From assembly GCA_028534125.1 (NCBI GenBank), contig CM052816.1, positions 40,612,001 to 40,676,000 of the forward strand: a stretch of DNA of 64,000 nt. The letters are read 5' to 3'. Below, piece by piece: positions 37,733 through 51,000 of this stretch. The position numbers and the translations under genes were made by a program. The stretch is from Lama glama (lineage: Eukaryota). Numbering within the stretch: position 1 is the stretch's first letter; every line of letters starts with the position of its first letter. A model generated the notes under the pieces. The model did not search any database, had not been told where the DNA came from, and saw nothing but the letters and a program-made list of their open reading frames with translations.

Positions 37733-40700
37733 AAGAGGATATCTAACATTGGCTAAGTCCACCCTCTTGCTCTCACATCTTAGAAAATTTCTGCAGAACT
37801 AACAAATTCGAGAAGAGTTAGTTATACCAGTAAATCAGGCAAAGTGCTTAGTTAGCACCATTGTAAATAACTCAGAGTGGCACAGCCTTTCCTCAGTGTA
37901 TCATGTTAGCCCGAAATAAAGATATTAGCCTTTCGATTTAATGAGCTACTGGAGTATATTAAACTTAACAATATGCCAGTTTATTCCTTTTAAATTATCT
38001 TAAAGAATGGCAGTTTTATTCTTTAGAATAATAAAAACAAGGCAAACACTATTAAGTACTGTTTAGAAAATTTAATAGTAGCACAAGTATTTCATTAGCC
38101 AATAACAAAGTCAAGAGTAAATCTGTTCATATGTAGGAAAACAGCAATGCCTATTACGCAGTTGTCTCCCAGTCCTTCTACTTAAATTCCCAGGAAGGCC
38201 AAGGAAAACATGAGTTTCCAAAGATGCTACAAATTTTGCTTTTAATAGAAGGCCATATGAAAATGTTGCAAAGAAATTTATTTAACTTTAGTGTTAATGT
38301 GCTTGAGTTAATATATATAATCTCTAAATGCTATTATTATGTAAAGTTAGATGTGTGTTTGGATCTATTTTCATAGTCACTTAGAAAAAATAACATGTCA
38401 TTTTCAAGTAAAATTTTTACTTGACCCCTTTAGTATGCGTTTATGCATTCAAGTTCAAAATAGAAAGTGAGGAGCATTCAGTTATGCAAAGTTAATGAAA
38501 AGTTATTAATTTTCTTCCTATATAATAAATTTCTGAATCATGAAAGTACATCTGAGATATAATTATATGGATTATATGTATTTAATGTATTTAAATGCTG
38601 TATTTAGTAAAATACATGCTTATTTTAGGCTCAGTAGTTGATGGTGTTCTTTTGTTTTAACTTTTTACTATCCTCTGGTTATTATGTTTTTGCTGTAAGT
38701 ATATTTGTAATTTTAATCATAATCAACTGTTTTGCAGTGATAATTCATCTTGTTTATTTTTTAAAGAAAGTGTTACTATTTGCTGATTTCTCAGACTTTT
38801 AAGTAGGTGGTTCACTGCCACCATCCCTTTTCCTTTACTAATTTCATGGTGTTTCTGCACTGTGGTTATGGAGGTGAATCAATGTTAGAGACATACACTG
38901 AACAGAATAAGATAAAACTGCAGCAAAGGCCTCCAGATCTTTCCCATAGTTTTTCTCACACCTGTTACGATAATTTATTGAGCAATATGATTAGGCTTTA
39001 AATGGCAAATACTGTATTTCACCAGCTTTCTATTTTAATTTTTTTGTGTGTGATGGGATTTTCTTTCAAAATGTGTCCTTATTATAGCCTTCATTTTGTT
39101 TTATTTCTACTTTTTAAAACTTACGCATATTTCAAAATCTAATACACGTGCAAAAAAAGAGTGCCTAAGAATCACATAGACAATAAGGCCAGGAGAGGTT
39201 AATTTCTTGCCTGATAATTCCTCTATAAGAAAAAAAATACTATGAGTAAACCACTTTGGTTAATTTTGAAGACTTTGAAAAATGTAGATTGTAAGTCATT
39301 ATTAAATATAAGATTTTTCATGAAATGAACCATGTCTTTCCTGTTTCCTTTTATCTCTCCATAGAAATTTTCACTGACTAGTTGTGATGAATTTGTCTGT
39401 AATATCATGACACTTCTCCATTGAATGGCAGTTAAATGAAAGTGCTTGGTTTGTGTCACTGTGTGGATTCTAATTTGGTATTCTGTTTCTGCTGTGTTTT
39501 CGGAGAGTTACCTAGAACTAGTGAGTTTACTTAAAGAAACCTTAGCTTCTTTAGGTTCAAAATTGAGATTATGAAATTTCTTTCAAAAGATTATGTAAAT
39601 GAATTAGCATATTTTAGGGTCCAGCATGATAGTTTGAATGTCACAGTTCTCAGTGAAAGTTAATTATTTCCCCTGCTTCCCAAGCTCTACTCCATGGTAT
39701 ATACACGGTCTGAAAATCGAAGCTTATTCTTTCAGTAAAGAGGAAAAAAGTCTCCTCTTCTTATGCCCCCATTGAGTCAGTCTATTCGAGATTCTTCATC
39801 GCAATGTTTTTGTTTATTCTGCACACTTTCCTTGGTATGTCGTTACCTTCAATCAAGTCCCTGTCTCTGCTTCCAAGTTCATGTTTCCTCCACAAATCAT
39901 TTTTAGTACCTCAGAAATGCCTTTTAGCAAATTTGAGCTCGTTGCAGCCTGGCTTTTAGGCATCTAATTCTTGCTTTGTATTATAATAATTATTTTTAAA
40001 AATTTGTATTTTCATATTGAAGATTATGTATCAGTAATAACATTCAAAGTATAATTTAGTGACTCTGTTATTTTAATATTTAGCAGTGAATATTCCTATA
40101 AGATACTAAATGGATAAAACCTTATTTCCAATACTTACTGCTCATCCCAAAACCATTGCTTTATCTCCTGCATTATAGGATGCTTTGATTTCTTAAGAGA
40201 AATAGTTTGAGTTATAGCCGTATTTTATAGTCAAATGCAAACGAAATCGTCAGGAAGGGGGTCCAAGGGATATGGAGTCAACCCTCCCAGTGTTCCAAAG
40301 TGGGATAATATAGGTTAGCTTTCCATGCTCCCTGCCCTCAGAAAACTGCAAAGCTTACTGGCTTCCCATCGTGGTGCATAGAAAAAGGTGTGGTGTGTCC
40401 TGGCACAGTGACTGGGGATCAATCACAGATTTTTTTTCGCCTGTGTTCAATAATGGGCAAGTGAACGGCCAAGTTATTTCATAGTGAGTTTAGAATTACA
40501 TATGACTTTATTTTATGTTACTATATATGCTTTATTTATATGATTACTTTTTTAACTAAATATATGCTGATCAGTAGACATGAATTTGATTGTTCATCTA
40601 CTTAACCACCATGTAAACATCTATAGAAATGTCTTTTCATAATAAGATAATCTGGCTCTATTTTTAATCGATCCCAGTGCTATAGGAATATAATAGCCAT

Positions 40701-40880
40701 CACTGAAGGTTTTCACTTTTTTTTAATGTTACTTTTTACAACTTTTCTAGACATTTGTTTCCTATCCCTGTGAGATTCCTAAAGACTACTTTGCACATCT
40801 ATTTTTCCAGTGTCTCTCTAGGACAAGATTTTTTTCAGTTTTGTTTCTCATTTATTTCTCTTTAATTTTTCAAGAAGTAA

Positions 40881-41334
40881 TGTCTTAGTTTAGGCTATCC
40901 ATAAGCAGACCTTGAAATAGAATTTGAGTAAATTTTTTTCTTTAAGAAGTGATTCCAGGAAATAACAATAAGGTAGTGGGAAAGAATGGTAAGGAAGAGA
41001 AAGAAGCCAACATAGTGGTGGACAACTGGAGTTCGCCCTGCTGGAGAACTCTGGGAGATTGTGAATGAATCTTAGACTTATATCAGTTAAGGTAGAGGAA
41101 ACGGCTGTATTTAGCCACTCACTCCCATGACTTATTAGTTGAGCGTTACTTCGAAGGACAATATCTCTCTGGCACTTTTGGCTTGTTCTGATTGAAAATA
41201 AGTGTAGTCCTGTAGCATGAAAAAAAAAAAACCAGAAGGCCCCTCAGACAGAAAGTTGAGATGTTCTACAGTGGCAGCCTTCATCATAAAGACATGTGAA
41301 CAGGATATGAGTGGAGCAACAGTATCTGCCACCA
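40881..41334 (-). mobile_element. ERVL solo LTR (LTR33-like)
   Basis: tgtcttagtttaggctatccataagcagaccttgaaatagaatttgagt..gtgattccaggaa...ggatatgagtgg..tatctgccacca, with TG..CA ends. Confidence 0.7.
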
Positions 41335-42001
41335 TGTCCGTTTGATACTTAATGATTATGTGGGATGTACAAAACCTTCAAATTGTTTTAAGTTTTAAAT
41401 GTCAAATGAGACCTGAGTGTCAAACGATTAACTGATAATGTTGATACTATAAAGATTTTCTTAAAGAATACATGGATCAATATAAAATAAAAAGTACAGA
41501 TAAATCATTTAAGTTCAAAGATAGGACAATTCTAGGTGGGAAATGAAAGTAATAAAAATTTTAAAATGCAGTGTATTTTTTAATCAACCATGGTAGTGGA
41601 AACAGATGGAAATCTAAACTTTGCTACAATGATTATTACCTTGGAGCAAAATATATCAGGGAATATCAAGGAAATGTTTCTAATTAAGAGTAAACATTAA
41701 ATAGTTTTTCTTTTAGTGGAAGTTAATTCTTTCAGAAAATGAGTTAATTGCCTTCCTCTTTCATAAATAGTGTTTTTGTGGTCTAAAACATTGAGTTTTT
41801 AATAGTAATATACTTACAAAAAGTTATTTTAACTCAAACTCTTTTCTCTTGGGATAGTAAGTAATAAATTCATCTTGAATTGTGTATTGTGATGAGTTTA
41901 TCTAAATGTTGGGGGGGGGCAGAATTGCTGTTCCCATATGTGTCATATATTATTGTCTTCAAGAGCTGATAGAAAAGCTATATATGTACTTAAAAGAATT
42001 A

Positions 42002-42102
42002 GGGGAGGAGGGCATAGCCTGGTGGTAGAGTGTGTGCCTGTCATACATGAATTCCTGGGTTCAATCCCCAGTACCTCCATTAAAAATAAATAAATAAACC
42101 TA
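42002..42102 (+). mobile_element. tRNA-derived SINE (camelid type)
   Basis: Pol III A box TAGCCTGGTGG (42015) and B box GGTTCAATCCC (42058), followed by agtacctccattaaaaataaataaataaaccta. No intact cloverleaf. Confidence 0.85.
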
Positions 42103-42954
42103 TGAGTCTCTGAAAATTTAGAAAGTGCAAAAGCCACATACCCATATAACTTAAAAAAATATTTAGAGTTTTTTTTATCATAATGGAGGCAGGTTTATTA
42201 AAACAGCAATACGGAAATATTGTAACTTATTCCGAAGTCCTTCTGACTTTGTGTGAGTAGAGGTTGGTTCAAATAACCTAAATTTTGACTATGCCTAAAC
42301 ACATCAAAGCCTTTTTAACATTTAGCTCTGTGCTTCTGGACATACATTTTCAGAGTCTGTGTTCCTTGGAGATCATGGGAGTACCTTGAAAGAAATCAGA
42401 AACCAGTCTGGCTGGGAGGATTTTAGAGGTTCTCCTGGCATTTAGAAAATTTAGAAGAGTCTCTAGGCATTTATAAAATTCCTTTGATATCTTGATGCCT
42501 AATATAATATATTATGGGAGTTAGGACTATATAAATGTATGTATATATATATCCCCAACCCTAGCTCCTTGGTGGACATAATGAGTACAATTTTCAGGAG
42601 GGGAAAGACAAGATTTCAATCCTTTTGCAGTTATATTTTAAGTAGCATATTTAGTCTTCTTAATACCAGAATACCCCATCACTTAAGATAATGGTGGGGT
42701 GGTAAATATTTTTGAGAAAATCTGCCTGCCCCTTTATCATAGACCTTACCTTGGTAGTATTTATTTAGCTCTACATATTTGACCAAAACTCCCTCCCAGA
42801 TGTCAAGCATCAATAAATCACACAGCTGCCAGAATTACAATCAAGGTTACGTAAGTGAGAGGCGAATTAAATACATAAAAGCAAAATGGTAACAGACGCA
42901 CTAGTAACCACTAGGGAGTCTATTAATGGATTTTAAACAATCAGTTGTCATGTA

Positions 42955-43022
42955 TAGCTTGAACTACATGAAATTGCTTACACTGGCCATTTTTGGCTGA
43001 AAAGCAACAATTTTGTGCAGGT
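42955..43022. mobile_element. Mariner MITE (MADE2-like) remnant
   Basis: tagcttgaactacatgaaattgc..ccatttttg..caatttt resembles MADE2. Recalled from memory. Confidence 0.45.
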
Positions 43023-43363
43023 TATTAGTTTTTTTCGTTATTGTTGTAAACAAATTATCACAGGTTTAGTGACTTAGAACAATACAAATTTATTATCTTT
43101 GTGGCTGAAGATATCTCACTGGCTAAAGCAAGATTTGAGAAGGACTGCATTCATTCCTTCTAGAAGCTTTAGAGAAGAATCAGTTTCCTTGCATTTTCTA
43201 GCTTTTGGACACTGCATTCCTTGGCTCATGACCCTTTCTTTCATCTTCAAAGCTAACAGCATAGCATCTTGTGATAACATTGAGCCCACCTGGATAATCC
43301 AGGATACTCTCCCCATCTCAGAGTCAGCTGATAAGTAACCTTAGTTCTGTCTGTAGCCTTAAT
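43022..43363 (-). mobile_element. MaLR LTR (MLT1D-like)
   Basis: cattccttggctcatgaccc..catcttcaaagc..gcccacctggataatccaggata..gtcagctgat..aacctta. Confidence 0.8.
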
Positions 43364-44789
43364 CAGTTAAACAAGATTATTTAGGGTCTCAGCTCAGTAT
43401 TTGCCTCTAATGGGTTCCTGTAGATTTTTATTACGTTTACCACTGGGAATAGCAAAGTGGTAGTGTTGATTTTCACTTCAGAATAACCATCATTATGTTT
43501 CCTGGAGGAAGCATTTCTCCTAATCAGTAGAGCTCTAAATGAAGGAAAAAGAAGTCAAAATGTTACACATAGGGCATTAGATTTAATAATGAGAAATATA
43601 ATTTCTCTTTATGCGACTCAGGTGTTCTCTGGGCCTACCTTGTGGCTGTTGAAGAAAGAGCACTGTATATTGATCCTTGGTTCAAAGCATATAAAATGTT
43701 ACATAGGAGAGTGCCCACCTTTGTTGTCTCCTACGTGGCACAGTTAGTGAATCTTCAATGGGTCATTCCGTTATTCTATCAAACCAATTGCTTTGCATGA
43801 TGTTAATACCATAAATCCAATATGAGCAAGTATTTTTCCCTTATTTGCTGTAAAACAAGGTTTGCTATGGAATAAGTTTCTTAACATGAGTTGTGTATTA
43901 CTGATGTCCAGTGATTGCAAACATTTACACTTGAATATGTGTATTAACCGATTTATATTTTCTCTCTTTTTTCTACTATTATTATATGTAAGGTTTGTGA
44001 GAAATGGTTAATTTTGTAATTTTACTGTGGCCCCTTTTTCATGTCAGAAATCTCAGGCTCAGAGATAGCTGAAGTTAAAGCATTAATAAATAGAAAAATA
44101 CATTTTAGCCCTAATTTTCTAGCTAGTTTTCTCTGTGTGTGATACTAGAGTTGATATCAGGAGAATTGATTAAATTATAACAATGATAACTGCTATTTAC
44201 TAACATATTGTGGGCTGATGTAATAAAATTTTATATTTTCATATCTGAGATATTCCTCATACTTGTATATTGATTTGATCCATTCTTTATCAAAATGTAA
44301 ATGTAATCTTCACTTTATATAGTGTTCCTAAACTGAGTATATTTGATCCGTCAAACTGTGTGATGGAAATTTAAAAAGAAGAGGGATGCTTTGGATGTTT
44401 TCCGTTTAATAAGAACATGGTCAAATGCACATGTCACTTTTGGGTACTAGTAAGTGACAAATTTTAAGGAAATAAAGCAATTTTTATGAATACAATTTAA
44501 AAACTACATAAAGGTTGTATTGGTAAATTTCTGAGAAGGGATTAAAACTGTCAGAAATAGTCTGAACTCACATGGAAAGAAAATTATTGTTTCCTATTAA
44601 GCTTTAAAATAAATTTTTAAATTGTGCTTTGGTTTTCCACTGTTAATCTAATGGAAGTGTGTACATAAATCTATATAGTATCCCTCTCCTAACTTCATAT
44701 TAACATTAAAATGATTATATAAAAGTAACATGATACATGCCTTCTTTTAATCTTCTGATTTGGAATTCCTGTGATCCACTTCATGGTAA

Positions 44790-46075
44790 TACAAAGAAGT
44801 GTTTCTCTTTCTTTTATGACTGAATGATTTCCATTAAGTAGATAATCCAGACTTATTTAACCAGTTCCCTAGTATGTTGCCATTATAAAATGTTTAGTGA
44901 ATAGCCTTATGCATACAACTTTTGTATTTTTTCAATTTAGTAAAAATTACCAGAAGTATTTTGGTTTAAAGTATAAAATTTATATGTGATATTGCTAAAT
45001 ATTGGCTAATTTCTTTCTATGGGATTGAACTGTTTGACATTCCATAACCTTGGCAACAGAGTATGTTATTGAAATTTTTGATTCCATCATTCTGCTAGGA
45101 AAGATTTGTCATCTTAATGTGGTTAATTTCTCATGTTTTATAAGAAAATTGATCGTGTTTTTGTATGATTTAGAGCTATTTGCATTTCCTTTTTCTGTAG
45201 CCATTCACTAAATCTCAGCAAAATTCTCCAATAGTTGTTGACCCACTTAGTTTCTATTTTTAGAAGATATTTAATATTACATTAGGATATAAGTTATGAG
45301 TATTATTTTTCCAACTAGTCATTTAAAAAATTTATAGTGGTTTGATTTGCCATGCTTTGTTTTTTTCTTCACATTTTTAAGTAATTAAATATATGAATTT
45401 TTCCTTTCTTGTTTCTAGTTTTTTACTCAGAGTTAAAGTAGTTATTAGTTCCGAGTCATTTATTTACTTATTTTACTAGTACTTGTGTATTTTCCTCTTT
45501 TTTTTTTTAACATTTAAATTACCCATACATTTGACTCTTAGTGTTTAACAAGTTAGTGATGTCTCTATATCACTATTTTCATTTTGCTATGACTAATCTT
45601 CCTAGAACTTTCTATTAAGTCAAAATATTTTCCAACTTCTTTAAGATGATACCCTTTTCATGTGCTAAATTAACAAAATTTTAATTTTCTTTTCAATTTC
45701 AAGGTTTCTATCCTTTCCAATAACTTACTTGATTATTTATATAATAACAGACTCTCTTAATCAATAGCAGAGCTACTCACCTCCGTCTACCTCCCTCTTC
45801 TTTAGTGTTTTCTTGGCTATTATTGCCTTTTTTAAAATTTTCCATTTTTTCAAATGCAAGTTTATCATCTTGTCCACCTACAAGAAAGGACACACACACA
45901 ATCAATGGCTATTTTATTGAGATTTCCGTCGTGGTATCTCTCAGTTGTTGACTCTTCCCATATAAGAACTTGGAATGTATTTCCATTTATTTAACTCTAT
46001 CTTTATTTCTTTCAGGAATGTTTTATAGTTTTCTTCTGTAGGTTTTGCAGCCTTTTTGCTAAGTTTTCATACATT
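44790..46075 (-). mobile_element. Highly decayed L1 (L1ME-like) 3' region
   Basis: T-rich block with colinear antisense L1 motifs (ttatttaaccagttccct, gctatttgcatttcc, ttcttggctatt, tatttccatttattt, aatgttttatagttttc). Confidence 0.6.
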
Positions 46076-47278
46076 TTTAAAATTTCCTTTCTTTGTCTCT
46101 CTCTTCTATCTCTCTCCTCCTCCTTCTTTGTCTTTTATATACATCTCTGCCCTCCCCTTGATTAGAATTATTTTCAAAACTGCAGGGTAATAGAATTATC
46201 CTAATAGCTTCAAAAAGCTATTAAATGACCTATAATTTGGACCTTCTGAGTGTTTGTTTAAAAACAGCAAAAAAAAAAAAATTATATATCTAGCTCCTCT
46301 GATAACCCAATGGAAATACACATTCCTACCAAAAAGATTCAATCACTAGAATATAAAAAAGGAAGTTTTAAAGAATAATGTAAATTATATTATGTATTTC
46401 TGTTGTGATTTGCATACATGTTGGCAAATAAGGAGGCTTTGAAAAATGAATATGAAGTCCTTTGCTCTTTTCTCAGCCTGTGTGAAGCAATGTGAAGACA
46501 TCTATAATTTCATAAAGATTTTTAATTTATATTAATGATTTTTAAAAAGTTTTAACCAAATCTAACAAAAATTACTATAAGGATCTAGTTTTCTTATTTG
46601 TATATATACATTTCTTCGTGGGCACTGTTTCAAAATTTCCCATATTTATCTAAAATAATAAATAAATAGGTGAAAATGTATAACTTTGTACTTTGGTAGC
46701 CTCATTTAAAAAAAGAAAAGGTAATCAGCCTTACAGTTTTTAAATATAAAGTACTACTTCTTAAGCTTTATATTAACAGTAGAAGAGCTCTTTTTGCAGC
46801 AAGAATATTTTCAATGAGGATTTCAATCTACACATCTGACTCTAAAACAGTTTCTTAACCTAAATTTTGTAGCTTCTTGTATATTTAGCCCTTACAAAAA
46901 GTCAGTCTGACAAGTACAAATTTCCTGGGAATGTATGTAAAATTGGCCTTTTCTAGGACCCTTCTTATACCAGCATGTGGCCATTTTCTTCCATGTTTAA
47001 TACAAATAACAAGTCTTTGTGTATAAGAAGTGATTTGTTTGATCATTGTGTAAGTTTGATTTTTATCTAGAATAGATTAGTTTACAAACAAAATGTTGCT
47101 GGACTATATAATTTATGTATATTAAAAAAAACTTCATAAAAAGAAAACTAAACACAAAAACTCAATGAATTCATAAAATTATACAGAAATCATAATAAAA
47201 ATGGGAAAAAACAGGTTTGAAAAACATTTTTTAGTGGATTGATTTAGTCAGTAGAATGATAGAGAAGACATGCTTTGG

Positions 47279-47441
47279 TTTTTTTTTTGTTTTTTTTAAC
47301 TTTTTTTGATTTATAATCATTTTACAATGTTGTATCAAATTCCGGTATAGAGCACAGTTTTTCAGTTACACATGAACATATATATATTCATTGTCACATT
47401 TTTTTTCTCCATGGGCTACCATAAGATCTTGTATATATTTC
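47279..47441 (-). mobile_element. Short L1 3' tip with long T-tail
   Basis: About 30-nt T-rich tail followed by ttacaatgttgtatcaaattcc..cagttacacatgaacatata..aagatcttgtatatatttc, a variant of the lineage-specific 3'UTR. Confidence 0.75.
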
Positions 47442-48054
47442 TAAATTAAATGATTAAAAGGAAAAATAGGATACATTAAAATTGACCTTTCCATGATGAC
47501 TGACTGGTCATACATTTTTCTCATTTCCTATTTGCAGTGTAAGGTTTTATAAGAGATACTATAATTCATAAATGGTAGAACTCAGAACCACTATAATATC
47601 TGCAAATACCATTCTAATTGCTATTAATGGAGAAATCCATTGATAGACTACAATGTAAGAAAATCACATTGTTATTTTGCATTTCATTTCAGAACATTTA
47701 ACTAATGTAAAACCATGAAAGTCTAGTATTTAAACATGAAACGATAAGGATTATGTTGGTTATTTTTTATCCCTGGAAATGCAGTGTTCAAATACAGTTT
47801 GGAATGAATAAGATAATAACAATGATTACAAGCTTTTATTTTATCCAAAATAATATGCTTTATTCATAATGAAGAATAGGAAATATATTCACATATCCAG
47901 AAGACAATAAAAAAGGCTAGATTGTCAGTGTAAACTCAGGTGCTTTATGTAGAAAATAGGACTTAGAGGAAGAAATATTTGAATGGATAAGAGGACTAAC
48001 ATGTTTATTCTTAAATAATTTATATTGTCTTCAAATTGCTCCAAATTTTTCCTT

Positions 48055-51000
48055 CCTTTTAATTTATTTTTATTGGCCTGTAGTTGACTTGCAATAGTTT
48101 AGTTTCATGTATACAGCATAGCACTTCAGTATTTTTTACAGATTATATATTCCTTTAAAAGTTATTACAAGGTAATGGCTATGATATCCTGTGCTGTACA
48201 ATATATCCTTGTTACTTATCTGTTTTATACATAGTAGTTTATATCTCTCAATCTCATACCCCAAATTTGCCTATCCTTCCTTCCATTTCCTTTTTGGTAA
48301 CCACTCGTTTGCTTTCTGTATCTGTGAGTCTGTTTCTATTCTGCAAACACATCCGTTTATATTATTTTTTGGATTTCACATATATGTGGTATCATGTAGT
48401 ATTTGTCTTTCTCTGGCTTATTTCACTAAGTATAATACTCTAGATCCATCCACATTGTTGCAGACGGCAGAATTTGATTTCTTTTTTATGCTGAGTAATA
48501 CTCTATTGTATGTGTATATATATACACATACATATATATACTACTTCTTTGTCCATTCATCTGTCAGTGAACATTTAGATTGCTTCCACATCTTGGCTAT
48601 TGTAAATAATGCTTCTGTGAACATTGGGATGCATGTATCTTTTCAGTAATTGGTCCTTTGCCCACATTTTGATTGGGTTGTTTGTTTTTTTGATATTGAG
48701 TAGTATGAGCTATTTATATATTTTGGACATGATTCCCTTTTTGGTCACATCACTTGCAAATATTGTCTCCCATTCATCTGTATTTTCATTTTGTTGATGG
48801 TTTTCTTTGCTATGCAAAAGCTTTTAAATTTAATTAGGCCCCATTTGTTTGTTTTGCTTTTATTTCTTTTGCCTTAGGAGACAGATCAAAAAATTTTTGC
48901 TACGATTTAGGTCAAAGACTGTTCTGCCTATGTTCTCCTCTAGAAGCTGTTTGGTTTCCCATCTTACATTTAGGTTTTTAATCCACTTTGAGTGTATTTT
49001 TATATGTGGTGTGAAGAGATGTTCTAATCATTGATTAACATTTAGCTGTCCAGTTTCCCAGCACCACTTGTTAAAGAGACTCTGCTTTCCATTGTATACT
49101 CTTACCTCCTTTGTTGTAGATTAATAGACCATGCATAGGTGCATGGGCTTATTTCTGGGCTCTGTATGCTGTTCCCTTGATCTGTGTGTCTGATTTTGTG
49201 CCAGTACCATGCTGTTTGATTACTATAGTTTTGTAGTATAGTATGAAGTCAGGGAAGGTGATACCTCCAGCTTTGTACTTTTTTCAAGGTTACTTTGGCA
49301 ATTTGGGATCTTTTGTGGTTCCATATAAGGTATGTATCTGTTGTAGGTTTTTGATCTGTGATTACCATGAAGTTCATATATGTTGACCCATAATTATATC
49401 TACTTGTTTTAAGCTGGTAGTCACTTAAGTTTAAGAACATTCTAAAAGATAAACATTTTTCATTCCCCTTCCCCACATTTTGTGTTTTTGATATCACACT
49501 TGATATTTTCAAGCTTATCTCTTAACTGTTTATTGTAGTTATTGTTGCTTTTACACTTTTTGTGTTTTAATCTATGTACTGGCTTATTTAAGCAATCTTC
49601 AGTCTTTACTATATAGTTGCCTTTCCTAGTGGGATTTTCCCTTTCCTATAGAATCTTACTTCCTTCTCCGTTTAGAGAAGACCCTTCAACATTTCGTATA
49701 GGTAGATTTAGTATTGATAAATTCTTTTAGTTTTTGTCTGGGAAGATCTTTATTCTAAATGATAATCTTGCTGAGTGGAGTATCTTAGGTTGCAGATTTT
49801 TCCCTTTCAGCACTTTGAATATATCATGTCACTCACTTCTGGCCTGCAGTGTTTCTGCAGAGAAATCAGCCGACAGCTTTATGGGGATTTCCTTGTATGT
49901 GACTTGCCCTTTCTCTTGCTGCCTTTAAAACTCTCTCTTCTAACTTTTGCCGTTTTAATTATGATATGTCTCGGTGTTAGTCTGTTGGGGTTCATCTTGT
50001 TTGGGATCCTCTGTGCCTCCTGTACCTGGATCTGTTTACTTTATTTAGGTTTAGGAATGTTTCAGCCATAACTTCTTCAGATAGATTTTTGATTCCCTTG
50101 TCTTTCTTTCCTTCTCAAACCCCTGTAATGCAAGTGTTGGAATGCTTAACGTTATGCCAGAGATCGCTTAGATTACTTTATTTTTTTAAAAAATTGTTTT
50201 TCAGCTGTTCTGATTGGGTAATTTCCATTATCATATCTTCCAGATCATTTATGCATTTTCTGCATTATTTAGTCTGCTATTCTTTCCTTCTAGTGTGTGT
50301 TTTATTTCAGCTATTGAACTATTTATTTTTGATTGGGTCTCTTTTATATTTTCTAGTTCCTTGTTAAAATGTTAAGTGTTTAGGTCAATTCTTTTCCCTA
50401 ATTCATTAACATTTTTATTACCAATTTTTGAATTCTCTATCTGGTAAGTTGTTTATTTCTGTTTAATTATTTTCTCAGGGCTTTTCTCTTGCTCTATGAG
50501 TTGAGTAGTTCCTCTGCATTTTCATTTTACTTAACTTTCTCTGTCTCTATTTTTCTGAAGCAGTCACTTATTTTCTGAAGTGAGAGCATCCCTGTGCAGA
50601 CTGCATGTATCCAGTGCTTTTGATGGGAGAGCTGCATTTGGTGTGGATGTCAGTCAAGTCTTTCTTCAGGATGTGCTGTTACCTGTCACCTCAGTTTGGG
50701 CGATGGAGATGGAGAGGCTAGAGCCAGTGCTGCGTGTAGGCTTCTTTTTGCTCAGTGACTATGACCACCCTGTCAGGGATGCGGTCCAATCCCACATTGC
50801 TGGAGCAGAAGCCTTGAAGGTCAAGTTTGGGCTCTGTTCCCTTTAAGTATGTGTTTTTCTTCTTCCTGCACTGGACCTTTGCCCCAGAGGAGGACAGTGT
50901 TGACACAAGTGGGACCTGTGCCCATACTGAGATCTGATATGCTTCCCATGTAGACATACATGGCTCTGCTGAGATGCAGTAGAGGGTTGAGTCTTTTCCC

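Noticed and set aside
42002..42078. Functional tRNA gene
   Set aside because: A and B boxes are present but the stems are broken, and it carries a SINE-type A-rich tail.
43622..43800. Acceptor-like site followed by a 58-codon open frame (VLWAYLVAVEERALYIDPWF...)
   Set aside because: No recognisable homology, and frames of this length are common by chance in this window.
48191..48649. 152-aa hydrophobic ORF as a membrane protein
   Set aside because: It is an antisense reading of a T-rich L1 3' end.
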